DNA of 64,000 bases, taken from contig CAWIZW010000009.1 of the NCBI GenBank assembly GCA_963840695.1, forward strand, positions 474,467 through 538,466. The letters run 5' to 3'. Positions within the stretch are counted from its first letter, which is position 1. Each line of letters opens with the position of its first letter. Source of the DNA: an uncultured Acidimicrobiia bacterium. Lineage in GTDB: Bacteria > Actinomycetota > Acidimicrobiia > Acidimicrobiales > JACDCH01. A program made the position numbers and the translations under genes. This document shows positions 40,318 through 51,466 of the stretch, in pieces. Below the pieces are notes generated by a model. The model saw only the letters and a list, made by a program, of their open reading frames with translations. It did no database searches and was not told the origin of the DNA.

Positions 40318-41550
40318 ATGCCCGACCTCGCCTCCTTCTCGCCCGCCGACCGCCCGCCGACCGCGACGCCGCCGAGGCGTTCGCCGCGGCCGTCGCTCCC
40401 GACCGCCGAGGAGGAGGTGTGGCGCTACAGCCCCATCGGCGACCTCGACCTCGAGCGGTTCGCGCCGGCGGTCGCGCCCCGGGCCGACGGCGGTGCCGGC
40501 CGGCGCCCAGGCCATCCTCGACCTCGCCGCCGGGATCGGGTCGCTCGGCGCCGTCACCGTCAACGGCCACCTCGTCGTGGAGCGGTGACCTCGGAGGGTG
40601 GCACGACGGGCGCCCTCGGCCTCGACGGGGGCGACGCTCCCGACGCCGCGCCGGCGGACGCCTTCGACCTCCTCGACGACGCCTTCGCCTCGCCCGATCG
40701 TCCTGCGCAGCGCGCCCGGCGCCGCGTCGAGCCGGTCGTGGTCGTCCACTGGATCGACGGCCAGCAGGTCGCCGCGCTTCCCGCGGCTGGTCGTCGAGGC
40801 CGGCGCCGACAGCGACGTCGCGGTCCTCGAGGTGCTCGCTGTCGACCCCCGACGCCGACGCCCTCGTCGTGCCGGACACCGACCTCGTCGTCGGCAAGGC
40901 GGCCCGGGTCGGCCACCTCGCCGTCCAGGACCTCGGCCTCGGCGTCTGGCAGCTCGGTCACCAGCGCTCCACCGTCGACGCCGATGCCACGCTGACCGCG
41001 GCCGCCGCCGCCTTCGGCGGGCGCTACGCCCGCCTGCGCACCGACTGCCGCCTCGCCGGCCGGGGCGCCACCGGCAACCTGCCGTGCCGTCTGGTTCGGC
41101 GAGGCCGACCAGCACCTCGACTTCCGCACCTTCCAGGACCACGCCGCGCCCGACACCACCAGCGACCTCGTCTACAAGGGCGCCGTCGGCGGGCGGAGCC
41201 GCAGCGTCTACACCGGGCTCATCAAGGTCCGGCCCGACGCCCGGGGCACCAACGCCTTCCAGACCAACCGCAACCTCAAGCTGTCCGACGACGCCTGGGC
41301 CGAGTCGGTGCCCAACCTCGAGATCGAGAACAACGACGTCCGCTGCTGCGCACGCCTCGGCCGTCGGGCCCGTCGACGAGGAGCAGCGCTGGTACCTCGA
41401 GAGCCGCGGCGTGCCGCCGACGGTCGCCGAGCGCCTCATCGTCGCCGGCTTCTTCGAGGAGGTCATCAGCCAGGTCCCCGTGCCCGCCGCGGCCGGGCCG
41501 CTCCGGGCGTCGGTCGCGGCAAGCTCGATCGGCGAGCGGGAGGCCAATGA
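40318..41550 (+). CDS. sufD: Fe-S cluster assembly protein SufD, heavily frameshifted as given
   Basis: Motifs [82 protein letters not shown] and [10 protein letters not shown]...[13 protein letters not shown]. At least 5 frame changes. Confidence 0.8.
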
Positions 41551-41882
41551 GCGTCAACCGGGATCCGCAGCTGCTCGACGTCGGCGCCCTCGACGACCTC
41601 GAGCCGGGCGCCGCCACGCGGTTCGACGTCGACGGCCGCCGCATCGCCCTCGTCCGCATCGACGACGACCGTCTACGCCATCGGCGACCGCTGCACCCAC
41701 GCCGACGTGTCGCTCGCCGAGGGCGAGGTCGACGCCGACGGAGCGCACCATCGAGTGCTGGAAGCACGGCAGCCAGTTCTCCCTCGAGACCGGCGAGCCG
41801 CTGTCGCTGCCGGCGACGAAGCCCACCCCCATCTACGACGTCGTCGTGCGCGACGGCCGGATCCTGCTGGACGTTGAGCTAG
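41547..41882 (+). CDS. Rieske (2Fe-2S) ferredoxin-like protein of the actinobacterial suf operon, frameshifted as given
   Basis: [41 protein letters not shown], then [11 protein letters not shown] and [16 protein letters not shown] (C-x-H ... C-x2-H). The ATG overlaps the sufD stop (ATGA). The 3' end is approximate. Confidence 0.75.
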   Translation: MSVNRDPQLLDVGALDDLEPGAATRFDVDGRRIALVRIDDDRLRHRRPLHPRRRVARRGRGRRRRSAPSSAGSTAASSPSRPASRCRCRRRSPPPSTTSSCATAGSCWTLS

Positions 41883-42673
41883 TGCCGACCCACGAGCTCG
41901 TCATCGAAGGGCTGCGGGCCGGCGTCGGCGGCCGCGAGATCCTGCGGGGGATCGACCTGGTCGTGCGCAGCGGCGAGGTCCACGCCGTCATGGGCCCGAA
42001 CGGCTCGGGCAAGTCGACCCTCTCGCACGTGCTGGCGGGCAAGCCCGGCTACGAGGTCACTCGGCGGCACGCGTCACCCTCGACGGGGTCGACCTGCTCG
42101 GGCTCGAGCCGTGGCAGCGGGCCCAGGCCGGGCTGTTCCTCGCCTTGCAGTACCCGGTCGAGGTGCCCGGCGTGGCCCTCCGCGACCTGCTCCGCGAGGC
42201 CTTCGTCGCCGCCGGGCGCAGCACCGAGGGGCTCGACGAGCTCGTCACCGTGGAGGCCGAGGCCATCGGCTTCGACGAGCGGTTCCTCGACCGGCCGCTC
42301 AACGTCGACCTCTCCGGCGGCGAGAAGAAGCGCAACGAGACGCTCCAGCTCGGCGTCCTCGACCCGAAGATCGCCGTGCTCGACGAGCTCGACTCCGGTC
42401 TCGACGTCGACGCCCTGCGCGCCGTGAGCCGTCGCATCGAGGCGGTCACGAACACCGAGGGCATCGGCGTCCTCGCCATCACCCACTACAGCCGGCTGCT
42501 CACCGTGCTGCGGGCCGACACGGTGCACGTCCTCTCCGGGGGCCGCATCCAGGCATCCGGTGGACCCGAGCTGGCCGAGGAGCTCGAGCGGACCGGCTAC
42601 GCCGACTACGCGGAGCCGGCCGCCGTGTCCGCCATCGCCGCCGGCCGGCCTCTTCGACGATCCGTTCGCCTGA
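41882..42673 (+). CDS. sufC: Fe-S cluster assembly ATPase SufC (copy 1), frameshifted as given
   Basis: Motifs [56 protein letters not shown] and ITHYSRLL. The likely native C-terminus GLFDDPFA with its stop at 42671-42673 is reached after a late frame change. Confidence 0.85.
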
Positions 42674-42696
42674 CGCCGCACGTATCCTCGTCCTCC

Positions 42697-43490
42697 GTGC
42701 GGCGGCACATCCGAGCGCTCCTGTTGCTGGTCATGGCCTTCGCCGTCGTCGGCGCGGGCGCAGGGATCGCCGTCGCCGCCGCGTCGCACGACGAGCCCGA
42801 GCCGGTCCAGGTCGTCGCCAGCTCGTTCGCGCTCGCCGGCGATGGCGACGCCACGGCGATGCGCCCGATCCACGGCTTCCACGCCGCCGAGGCGCTCGTG
42901 GCCGAGCTCGAGGCGTTCGACTCGCCGGCGCCGGCGCCCGGCACGCCGCCGTCGTCGACGCTGCCCAACCCGACCCGAGACGGCGCCTGCTCGTCGTGCA
43001 GGTCCTCGACGCCGATCCCACGGGTCAGTGGCTGTACGCGCAGCTGCCGCAGCGACCGAACGGCTCGAAGGGGTGGATCCGGGCCGCCGACGTCCGCGTC
43101 TTCGACGTACCGAACCGCATCGAGGTCAACGTCACCACGAACCAGCTGCGCGTGTTCCGAGGCGACTCCGACGAGGTGCTGGTCGAGGCGACGGTGGCGA
43201 CCGGCGCGGCCGAGCACGCCGACGCCGCTCGGCGACTTCTTCATCGACATCTACAACCCGCTCGGCCACCACGCCGTCTACGGCTGGGGCCAGATGAGCA
43301 TCTCGGCGTTCAGCGACGTGCTGTACAGCTTCGGCGGCGGCATCGGTCAGGTCGCCATCCACGGGTGGAACGACGACTCGGTCATGGGTCAGCACGTGTC
43401 CAACGGCTGCATCCGGATGCGCAACGACGACATCGCCCTCGTCGCCGCAGTTGACGGGCCTCGGGCGCGCCGGTGAGGATCGTCGCATGA
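42697..43490 (+). CDS. L,D-transpeptidase (YkuD domain) with N-terminal membrane anchor, frameshifted as given
   Basis: TM segment [24 protein letters not shown], then a catalytic block [21 protein letters not shown]. Frame changes near 42985 and 43225. Ends GAPVRIVA, overlapping the next ATG. Confidence 0.75.
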
Positions 43491-43729
43491 GCGAGCCGGG
43501 CGGCTGGGCCGAGGTCGACGGGAAGCTGCGTCGGGAGTTCGCCTTCGCCGACTTCTCCGAGGCGTGGGCGTTCATGAGCCGGGTCGCCCTACTGGCGGAG
43601 AAGCGCAACCACCACCCCGACTGGTCGAACAGCTGGAACAAGGTCGTGATCGAACTGGTCAGTCACGACAAGGGCGAGATCACCGACCGCGACCGCGACC
43701 TGGCGGCCGCGATCGACGACCTCGTGTGA
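43487..43729 (+). CDS. pterin-4-alpha-carbinolamine dehydratase
   Basis: 80-aa product [53 protein letters not shown], with the HHPD motif. Confidence 0.85.
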   Translation: MSEPGGWAEVDGKLRREFAFADFSEAWAFMSRVALLAEKRNHHPDWSNSWNKVVIELVSHDKGEITDRDRDLAAAIDDLV

Positions 43730-43735
43730 CGCAGA

Positions 43736-44119
43736 TCAGCGCTCGAGGATCTGGTCGTTCTCGAAGTAGATCCAGGTCTCCACGGCCTGTCCGTCGACGA
43801 CGCGGTCGACGAGGATGTCGGTGGTCGTGCTCTCCTCGCCGTTGATCGTGGCCGTGCTGCGCTGGATGGCGGTGCCGTACTCGTCGTCGGCGAGCACGTG
43901 CACGAGGGTCGCCTTGAAGGTCCCGCCGGTCAGCTCCATGAGCTTGCCGAAGTAGCCGTAGACGGCGTCGCGTCCGGTGTAGTCACCGCTCAGCGCGCTG
44001 TTGCCCGTGACGTGCCACACGGCGTCTTCAGGGATGAACTCGTTGAGCTTCTCGAAGTCGCCGGAGCTGAACGCGTCGTAACCAGCGCGTAGGCGTGCGG
44101 CATTCTCATGTTCGGCCAC
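43736..44119 (-). CDS. SnoaL-like / NTF2-fold protein
   Basis: The GTG at 44119 is preceded by AGGAGG with a 6-nt spacer. The product reads VAEHENAARLRAGYDAFSSGDFEKLNEFIPEDAVWHV.... Confidence 0.7.
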   Translation of the reverse strand: MAEHENAARLRAGYDAFSSGDFEKLNEFIPEDAVWHVTGNSALSGDYTGRDAVYGYFGKLMELTGGTFKATLVHVLADDEYGTAIQRSTATINGEESTTTDILVDRVVDGQAVETWIYFENDQILER

Positions 44120-44197
44120 GAAGGGCCTCCTGACATCGCGCGCACCCGATTGGGCCCGCACCGAGGACCGTACACCTGTTCCTCGCGACGGCCCCTA

Positions 44198-44578
44198 TCA
44201 GCTGGGGGTGAGGTGCTCCACCGCGAAGGGGACGTGGGCGGAGTCGCTGATGCCCTGGTTGATGCCCTGGTTGACCTGGAACACCATCTCCCACTCACCG
44301 ACCCACGGGAGCTCGTCGAGCGGGAAGTGCACGGTGCCCTCGTACGAGCCGCCGTTGGGCTCGAGGGTCGGGCTGTCGAGGCGGTGGTCCCGGTCGTGGA
44401 TCACGGTGTTCGAGAAGCACACTGCGACGGACACGGAGTGCTCGTGGTCGGTCGGCGCCGTGCCGACGTTCACGACCTCGTACTTCGCCCACACGCCCTG
44501 GGTGGCGTCGTTCGCCACGGGCGTGACGACCTCGGTGCTCAGGAACTTCACGTAGCAGATGTCTTCGGGCTCGCTCAT
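44198..44578 (-). CDS. hypothetical protein
   Basis: Intact 126-aa ORF, by eye noticeably lower in GC than its neighbours. No signal peptide and no motif I recognise. Confidence 0.5.
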   Translation of the reverse strand: MSEPEDICYVKFLSTEVVTPVANDATQGVWAKYEVVNVGTAPTDHEHSVSVAVCFSNTVIHDRDHRLDSPTLEPNGGSYEGTVHFPLDELPWVGEWEMVFQVNQGINQGISDSAHVPFAVEHLTPS

Positions 44579-44654
44579 GGGGCCAGGATGCGGCGACGAC
44601 AGGGCACCGTCCTGAGTAGCCCGTACTCAAATCGCCGGGCGTCGCTCGAGGTCG

Positions 44655-45451
44655 TTACAGGTCCGGCAGGCCCAGCGGGAGGTTCGGGGCCTGGAGGCCG
44701 CCGTCGACCTCGATGACCTTGCCGGTCACGAACGACCCCGCCGGGCTCGCCAGCCACAGGCAGGCGGCGGCGATGTCCTCGACCTCGCCGAGGCGCTTCA
44801 CCGGGGTCGCCTCCTCCATCGCCGCGCGCATGTCGTCGTCGCCCGTGACGATCTCGAGTGCCGAGGTCGCCACGGATCCGACGGCGATGGCGTTCACCCG
44901 GATGCGGGGAGCCAGGTCGGCGGCCGCCAGGCGGGTGAGGTGGGCGAGACCGGCCTTGGCCGTGCCGTAGGCGAGCATGCCGCGGTCGGCCATGCGACCC
45001 ATGGCGGAGCTGATGTTCACGACCGCGCCGCTCGCCCCGTTCGAGCATCGCCGGCACCGCCGCCTTCGTGAGGACGAAGGCGGTGGTGACGTTGAAGTGG
45101 AAGGCGCGCTCGAGGTAGCCGGGCGACGTGTCGAGGAACGGCCGGGGCATCGTGCCGCCGGCGTTGTTCACGACGATGTCGACGCCGCCGAGCTCGCGTG
45201 ACGGCCCGCTCGACGAGTCCGATCGTCGCCGCGTCGTCGTTGACGTCGATCGGCGCCACCACGGCCCGCCGGCCGAACGCCTCGACCTCCTCGGCCACCG
45301 CCCGCAGCTGCTCCTCGGTGCGGGACGCGAGCACGACGTCGGCGCCCGCCTCGGCGAGGGCCAGCGCGCACCCGGCGCCGATCCCGCGACCGGCGCCGGT
45401 CACGATCGCCACCTTGCCATCGACGCGGAACCGCTCGAGCACGCCTGTCAT
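44655..45451 (-). CDS. SDR-family oxidoreductase (FabG-like), frameshifted as given
   Basis: Motifs [28 protein letters not shown] and [11 protein letters not shown]. Assembled from track ORFs 45017..45451, 44575..45171 and 44655..45020. Confidence 0.8.
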
Positions 45452-45482
45452 CCCGGCGACGCTAGCCAGACCTGACGGCGCG

Positions 45483-45970
45483 TCAGGTCTCGGTGATCTC
45501 GTCGAGGCCCTGGGTGAGCGTGATCCACGCCAGCGTGGCGCACTTGATCCGCGGCGGGAACTTCACGACGCCCTGGAGGGCGGCGAGGTCGCCGAGCGGC
45601 TTCTCGTCGACGGGCTCCGGCTCTGCGCCGTCGCCCGACTCGGTGCCGTCGCCGCCGATCGTCGTCTCGTGGATCGACATCATCGACTTGAACTCGCGGG
45701 CGATGTCGCGCACCTCGTCGAGGGGCTTGCCCTTGATCGCCACCGACATCATCGACGCCGACGACTGGCTGATCGAGCAGCCCTGGGCGGCGATGCGGAC
45801 GTCGTCGACGACGCCGTCGCGCACGTCGAGGAACAGGCTGATCTCGTCGCCGCACAGCGGGTTGAAGCCGTCGCTGCGGTGGGCGGGGGGACGGGGAGCT
45901 CGCCACGGTTCCGGGGGTTCCGGTAGTGGTCGAGGATGATCTCCCGATAGAGGTCTTCGAGACCGGGCAT
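45483..45970 (-). CDS. sufU: SUF-system NifU/IscU-like scaffold SufU, one frameshift
   Basis: Motifs LYREIILDHYRNPRNRGEL, NPLCGDEISL, AAQGCSISQSSASMM and PRIKCATLAW. Confidence 0.85.
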
Positions 45971-45982
45971 GGCTGGGCGAAC

Positions 45983-47216
45983 CTATCCGAAGAAGGTACT
46001 GGTGGCTTCCAGGGCATCGACGAGGGCGTCGATGTCGTCCTCGTCGTTGTAGACGTACAGGGAGGCGCGGGCGGTGGCGCCCACGCCGAGTCGCCGCATC
46101 AGCGGCTTGGCGCAGTGGTGCCCGGCCCGCACGCACACGCCGCGCTCGTCGAGGATCTGGGAGATGTCGTGGGGGTGGACGTCGCGGAAGCCGAAGGACA
46201 GCACGCCGCCGCGCATCGCCGGCTCCGAAGGACCGTGGATCGTGGATGTCGTCGCCGAAGCGCTCTTTGAGCGTGCGGAGGGCGTAGCCGGTGAGGGAGA
46301 CCTCGTGCTCGCGGATCGGCGTCCATGCCGAGACCGGTGAGCTCGTCGATGGCGGCGTGCAGGCCGATGGCCTCGACGATCGGCGGCGTGCCCGCCTCGA
46401 ACTTCCAGGGGATCTCGTTCGGCGTCCAACCGTCGAGGCGCACGTCGCGGATCATCTCGCCACCACCCATGAAGGCCGGCATGGCCTCGCAGCAGCTCCT
46501 CCTTGGCGACGAGGACGCCGATGCCGGTGGGCCCGAGCATCTTGTGGCCGGTGAACCCGACGAAGTCGGCGTCCCAGGCCTGCACGTCGGTGGGGAGGTG
46601 GGGCACCCACTGGGCGGCGTCGATGAGGACCCTGGCCCCGGCGGCGTGGGCGGCGGCGATGACCAGATCGAGGGGCGGGAGCGTGCCGAGCACGTTCGAC
46701 ATGGCCGTGAGGGCGACGAGCTTCACCCCGTCGACGAGCCGGTCGAGCTCGGACAGGTCGAGCGTGTGGTCGTCGGTGATCGGCAGGTAGCGCAGCTCGA
46801 TGCCGCGCTCCTCGGCCAGCATCAGCCACGGCACGAGGTTGGCGTGGTGCTCCATCTCGGTGAGCAGCACGGCGTCGCCGGCGACCGAGGTTCGCCCTGC
46901 CCCACGTGTAGGCGACGAGGTTGATCGCCTCGGTCACGTTCTTGGTGAAGACGATGCCGCGCTCCGACGGTGCGTTGACGAACCGGGCCACGGCCCGCCG
47001 CGCCCCCTCGTAGGCCTCGGTCGCCTCGGCGGCGATCTCGTAGACGCCCCGGTGGACGTTGGCGTAGGAGGTCTCCTGGAAGCTCGCCATGGCGTCGAGG
47101 ACCGACTGCGGCTTCTGCGAGGAGGACGCCGAGTCGAGGTAGACGAGACGGTGGCCCTTGATCCGGCGCCCGAGGATCGGGAACCGCTCCCGCACCGCCG
47201 GGACGGAGAGGCCCAT
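45983..47216 (-). CDS. sufS: cysteine desulfurase SufS, frameshifted as given
   Basis: Motifs [48 protein letters not shown] and [11 protein letters not shown]. Assembled from at least 4 frame segments. The ATG overlaps the sufC copy 2 stop. Confidence 0.85.
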
Positions 47217-47988
47217 CAGGACTCCTGCCGCGGCCGGAACGCCTCGTAGCCGTCGGTCTCGAGCTGGGCGGCGACCTCCATGCCTCCGGACGCGACGATC
47301 CGGCCGTCGACCAGCACGTGGATCACGTCGGGTCGGAGGTGATCGAGCAGGCGCTGGTAGTGCGTGATGGCGAGGACGCCGAGGTCGGGCCGCTGCTCCC
47401 GAACCTGGTGGACCCCGGCGGCGACGACCTTGAGGGCGTCGATGTCGAGGCCGGAGTCGGTCTCGTCGAGGACGGCCAGCTCCGGCTCGAGGATCGCCAT
47501 CTGGAGGATCTCGTTGCGCTTCTTCTCCCCGCCGGAGAAGCCGTCGTTCAGGTGGCGGTCGAGGAACACCGGGTCCATCCCGAGGCGGTCCATCCACTCC
47601 ATGATCGCCAGCCGCAGCTCGAGGATCGACAGGTCGATGCCCTTGCGGGCCGACAGCGCCTGGCGGAGGAAGTTGAGGACCGACACACCCGCGATCGTCT
47701 GCGGGTACTGGAAGGCGAGGAAGATCCCGGCCTTGCCGCGCACGTCGGTCGCCCAGCCGGTGATGTCGTCGCCCTTGAAGCGGATCCGCCCCGCGGCGAC
47801 CTCGTACTCGGGATTGCCGAGGAGCGTGTTCGCCAGGGTCGACTTGCCCGACCCGTTCGGGCCCATGAGGGCGTGCACCTCGCCGGCGCCCACGACCAGG
47901 TCGACACCGCGCAGGATCTCGGGCGCAGAGGGGTCGCCGGCGACGCGGACGTGCAGGTCCTCGAGCTCGAACAGCGGGGCGCGGTCAC
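47216..47988 (-). CDS. sufC: Fe-S cluster assembly ATPase SufC (copy 2)
   Basis: Essentially intact, with [55 protein letters not shown] and ITHYQRLL. The GTG at 47988 is out of frame by one base over the first 4-5 codons, probably an indel. Confidence 0.85.
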
Positions 47989-48022
47989 GCCGACCAGCGT
48001 AGGGGAGCAGCCCCGGTATTCG

Positions 48023-48038
48023 CACTATCGCCGTAGTG
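48023..48038. promoter_or_regulatory. imperfect palindrome CACTATCGCCGTAGTG, second copy of the candidate suf operator
   Basis: It sits 34 nt upstream of the sufC copy 2 start and 60 nt upstream of the divergent glucosidase gene. 17 of 21 nt are identical to 38487-38507, including the trailing GAAAT. Confidence 0.45.
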
Positions 48039-48098
48039 GAAATCCGGGCGCCCGACCCGCGCTTGTGCGTGAGCCACCCAGCGGTAGCGTCGCTGTCC

Positions 48099-50149
48099 GT
48101 GCGGGGGAGCACGGTGACCGTCTTCGAGGGCTCGACCTTCTGCACGTCGTGCGAGCAGGGAGACATCGAGCCCGGTACGACCCAGGGTCTCTTCGCGCTC
48201 GACGCCCGCGTGCTCAGCCGGCTCACGTTGCGCCTCAACGGCGACGCCCCCGACCCGCTCGCCACCGAGAAGCGTCGATCCCGCACCGCGCCACGTTCGT
48301 GGGTCGCTGCGGCGCCAACCTCGTCGTCGAGCGCCACCGCGACGTCGGCGACGGCCTGCGCGACGACGTCGTGGTGCGCAACGTCGGGTCCGAGGCCGCC
48401 TACGTGGAGCTCGAGGTCGCCGTCGCCGCCGACTTCGCGCTGCCGTCCGACGTCCGGCGCGGCACGGTGCTGCCGGTCGACGTCGCCATCGACGCCGAGC
48501 CGGCGGCGCTCGTGTCTGAACCAGCGGCGTGGTCGCGCTGGGCGTGCGCGTCGGGCTCGTCGCCGGCGACCGGGTCGCCGCGGCCGATCTCGCCGGCACC
48601 ATCCGCGCCGAGGCGATCCTCCCGATCGGTGGCGGGTGGCGGTTGTCGGTCGAGGTGGAGCCGCTCGTCGACGGCGCCGCCATCGAGCCGCGCCACCGCC
48701 TCGGCGGCGACGGCGACACCGCGGCGACCGAGCGCCTCGCCCGCTGGCGTCGCGGCCTGCCGCAGGTCCGGACCGATCACGCCGGCCTGGCGAAGGTGGT
48801 CGCCCGATCGGCCGACGACCTCGGCGCGCTGCGGGTGTTCGACCCGGAGATCCCCGAACAAGCCGTCGTCGCCGCCGGCGTGCCGTGGTCGATGGCGCTG
48901 CTTCGGGCGCGACTCGCTCCTCACGGCGTGGATGGCCCTGCTCGTCGATCCCGACCTCGCCATCGGCGTGCTCGAGACGCTCGCCCGGTACCAGGGCGAG
49001 GACGGTCGACCCCCGCACCGAGGAGGAGCCGGGTCGGATCCTGCACCACCTGTCCTTCGGCGGCGGCCCGGCGAGCTACGGCGCCGTCGACACGACCCCG
49101 CTGTTCGTGATGCTGCTCGGGGAGGTCCGCCGGTGGGGGCTGGCGCCCGAGCTCGTCGAGCGGTTGCTCCCCCACGCCGACGCCGCCCTCGCGTGGATGG
49201 ACGAGTACGGCGACCGCGACGGCGACGGCTGGATCGAGTACCAGCGGGCGACCGACCGCGGCCGCCGCCACCAGGGCTGGCGCGACACCGAAGGCGGCAT
49301 CCGGGGCGCCGACGGCCGCCTCGCCGACCCGCCGATCGCCCTCGCCGAGGTGCAGGCGTTGCGCTACGCGGCCCTCGTCGCCCGCAGCCACTTCGCCCGC
49401 GAGGCCGGCGACGACGCCGGGGCCGCCGACTGGCGGGCGCAGGCCGACGACCTGCGAGCCCGCTTCCGGGCCGACCTTCTGGCTCGAGGACCGCGGCTAC
49501 CCGGCGATCGCCCTCGATCACGAGAAGCGTCCCCTCGACGCCCTCGGCAGCCACCTCGGGTGGTGCCTGTGGACCGGCATCCTCGAGCCGGAGCGAGGCC
49601 GGGTCGGTGGCCAAGCTGCTCACGTCACCCGACCTGTTCACCGGCTGGGGGGTCAGGACGCTGGCGGCGTCGACGGTCGGGTCGAGCCCGCTCGGGTACC
49701 ACCACGGCGCGGTGTGGCCGCACGACACCGCCATCGCCGCCGCCGGGCTGATGCGCTACGGCTTCGTCGACGAGTCGCTCCGGCTGCTCGGCGGCCTGCT
49801 CGACGCCGCCGTCGCCTTCGACGGCCGGCTCCCGGAGCTCTTCGCCGGCTTCGATCGTTCCGACCTGCCGTTCCCCGTCGCCTTCCCGAACGCGTGCGCC
49901 CCGTCGGCGTGGGCGGCGGCGTCGGTGCTGCTCGGCCTGCGGACGGTGCTGCGGTTCGACCCGTGGGTGCCGGCCGGGGTCGTGCACGTCGCGCCGGTGC
50001 TGCCCGCCGGCGTCGGGCGCCTGCACATCGACGACATCCCGATGCTCGGCGGGCGGATCTCGATCGCCGTCGACGGCGACGACGTCGAGGTCAACGACAT
50101 CCCGCCCGGCATCGAGGTCGTGCGAGAGCCCCGCCGCCCCGTCCGCTAG
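48099..50149 (+). CDS. glycogen-debranching-enzyme-like protein (N-terminal GDE domain plus amylo-alpha-1,6-glucosidase domain), heavily frameshifted as given
   Basis: Motifs TVFEGSTFCTSCEQGDIEPGTTQGLFALDARVLS, FGRDSLLTAWMALLVDPDLA, YGAVDTTPLFVMLLGE, GWRDTEGGI and GYHHGAVWPHDTAIAAAGL. At least 6 frame changes. Confidence 0.75.
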
Positions 50150-50220
50150 CGCCAGCCGACGTCGGGGCAAGCCGGCGAAGAGCGCAGCGATGGCGCCCGC
50201 TGGCCGACGAGGAGTCGTCA

Positions 50221-50342
50221 GCCGACGAGTGTGCAGCGACCGCCGGTATCCGAGGGTCGCTGCACGATCGTTCTGACGCCCGCCGACGAGTGTGCAGCTG
50301 CCGCCGGTATCCGAGGGTCGCTGCACGATCGTTCTCGAGGCC
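50221..50342. repeat. two tandem 61-nt direct repeats, each containing an 11-bp hairpin
   Basis: The unit is GCCGACGAGTGTGCAGCGACCGCCGGTATCCGAGGGTCGCTGCACGATCGTTCT.... The copies at 50221-50281 and 50282-50342 are about 90% identical. A partial copy starts at 50203, and a third divergent GTGCAG...CTGCAC hairpin is at 50376-50409. Confidence 0.85.
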
Positions 50343-50502
50343 GCCCGCATCGCGTGTGCACGATCCCGTTGCGTGTGCAGTTTCCCGGCGTGGGCACGGG
50401 TTTCTGCACGACGGTTGGACCCGCCGTGAGACCCGAGTCCTCGGAGCTCGTCGCTTCAGTGCGCTCTTCAGTCCGGCAGTGCGAAGCGGGCAGCTCGACG
50501 CC

Positions 50503-51393
50503 TCAGCCGAGGGGAGCGGTGCGGGCGGCGTCGAGCTCGGCGGCGGCGATCTGGCCGGCGAGGACCCGAGCCGCCTCGACGTCACCGTCGCCGGCCTCGG
50601 CGGCGACGATCACCCGCCGCTCGCCGAGGGTGAACGACACGAACGCGGTCGTCGGGATGACGCCGGTGACGACGGTGCCGAACAGCTCGGGGCGGTCGGC
50701 CACCTGGAAGCGGTCGCCGTCGAAGTTGCACAGGCCGTTGCGGGCGAGGTCCTGGCTGTTGCGCTGGGCGACGTCGACCGATTCGAACACGAAGGCGCGC
50801 ATCCGCACCGGGATGTCGCCGCCGCCGAGGCTCCGTCCGAGGATCTGGACGGGCAGCGGGTTGCCGGCGGCGGTGGACATGGCGACGTCGGGGTCGGTAC
50901 CCGGGGTGATGTCGTCCTCGGAGGTGACCTCGTAGCCCTCGGGCAGGAAGGCGGGATCGGTGAGCAGCACCGGGTTGGCCGGCGCCTCCGGGATGCCGAA
51001 CTGGCCGCCGTTCTCCTCGAGGAGGTCGAGGAACTCGTCGCAGTCGGGCCCCGGCGGGGCCACCGGCGCGACGACGGGGCCGTTCACGAAGATCGTCGTG
51101 CCCGACACGCCTCCGATGCCGGAGCCGTCGCTCCCGCGCCCGCCGGCGACGACGGCAACGAGGCCGCCGAGGAGCAGGACCGCGGCGAGGGCAGAGAAGC
51201 CGGCGACGACCGCCGTGCGCGTCGACCGGCGGCGGCGAACCGGCACGGCGCCATCGACGGCTCGACGGATCGCCTCGGCGTCCCCGAGGGACGCCCGGTC
51301 GAGCAGCCGGAGGCGGGCCTCCAGCTCGTCGGCGCCCATGGCGCCGCCGTCGTAGCGGCGCCACAGCTCCGCCCTGGCCTCACCCCCGTCCAC
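50503..51393 (-). CDS. single-pass membrane protein with a DUF1707-like N-terminal motif
   Basis: Intact 296-aa ORF. It starts MDGGEARAELWRRYDGGAMGADELEARLRLLDRA, has a TM helix AVVAGFSALAAVLLLGGLVAVVAG, and an extracytoplasmic C-terminal domain. Confidence 0.55.
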   Translation of the reverse strand: MDGGEARAELWRRYDGGAMGADELEARLRLLDRASLGDAEAIRRAVDGAVPVRRRRSTRTAVVAGFSALAAVLLLGGLVAVVAGGRGSDGSGIGGVSGTTIFVNGPVVAPVAPPGPDCDEFLDLLEENGGQFGIPEAPANPVLLTDPAFLPEGYEVTSEDDITPGTDPDVAMSTAAGNPLPVQILGRSLGGGDIPVRMRAFVFESVDVAQRNSQDLARNGLCNFDGDRFQVADRPELFGTVVTGVIPTTAFVSFTLGERRVIVAAEAGDGDVEAARVLAGQIAAAELDAARTAPLG

Positions 51394-51466
51394 GATTGCG
51401 GACGGTAGTCAGGAGCACGGCCAGAAGGGCCGGCACCCCCGCCGGCGTCACGAGCCGCCGCGGGGA

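Noticed and set aside
38519-41550. Reading the many frameshifted genes as true pseudogenes, i.e. reductive evolution.
   Set aside because: Essential single-copy genes (sufB, sufD, sufS) are hit repeatedly. Amino-acid conservation continues unchanged across each shift, and I saw no internal stops or large deletions. The two shifts checked by hand are 1-nt changes in C runs.
50221-50342. Direct repeats considered as a CRISPR array.
   Set aside because: There are only two full 61-nt copies. They are directly abutting with no spacers, and no cas genes are in the window.
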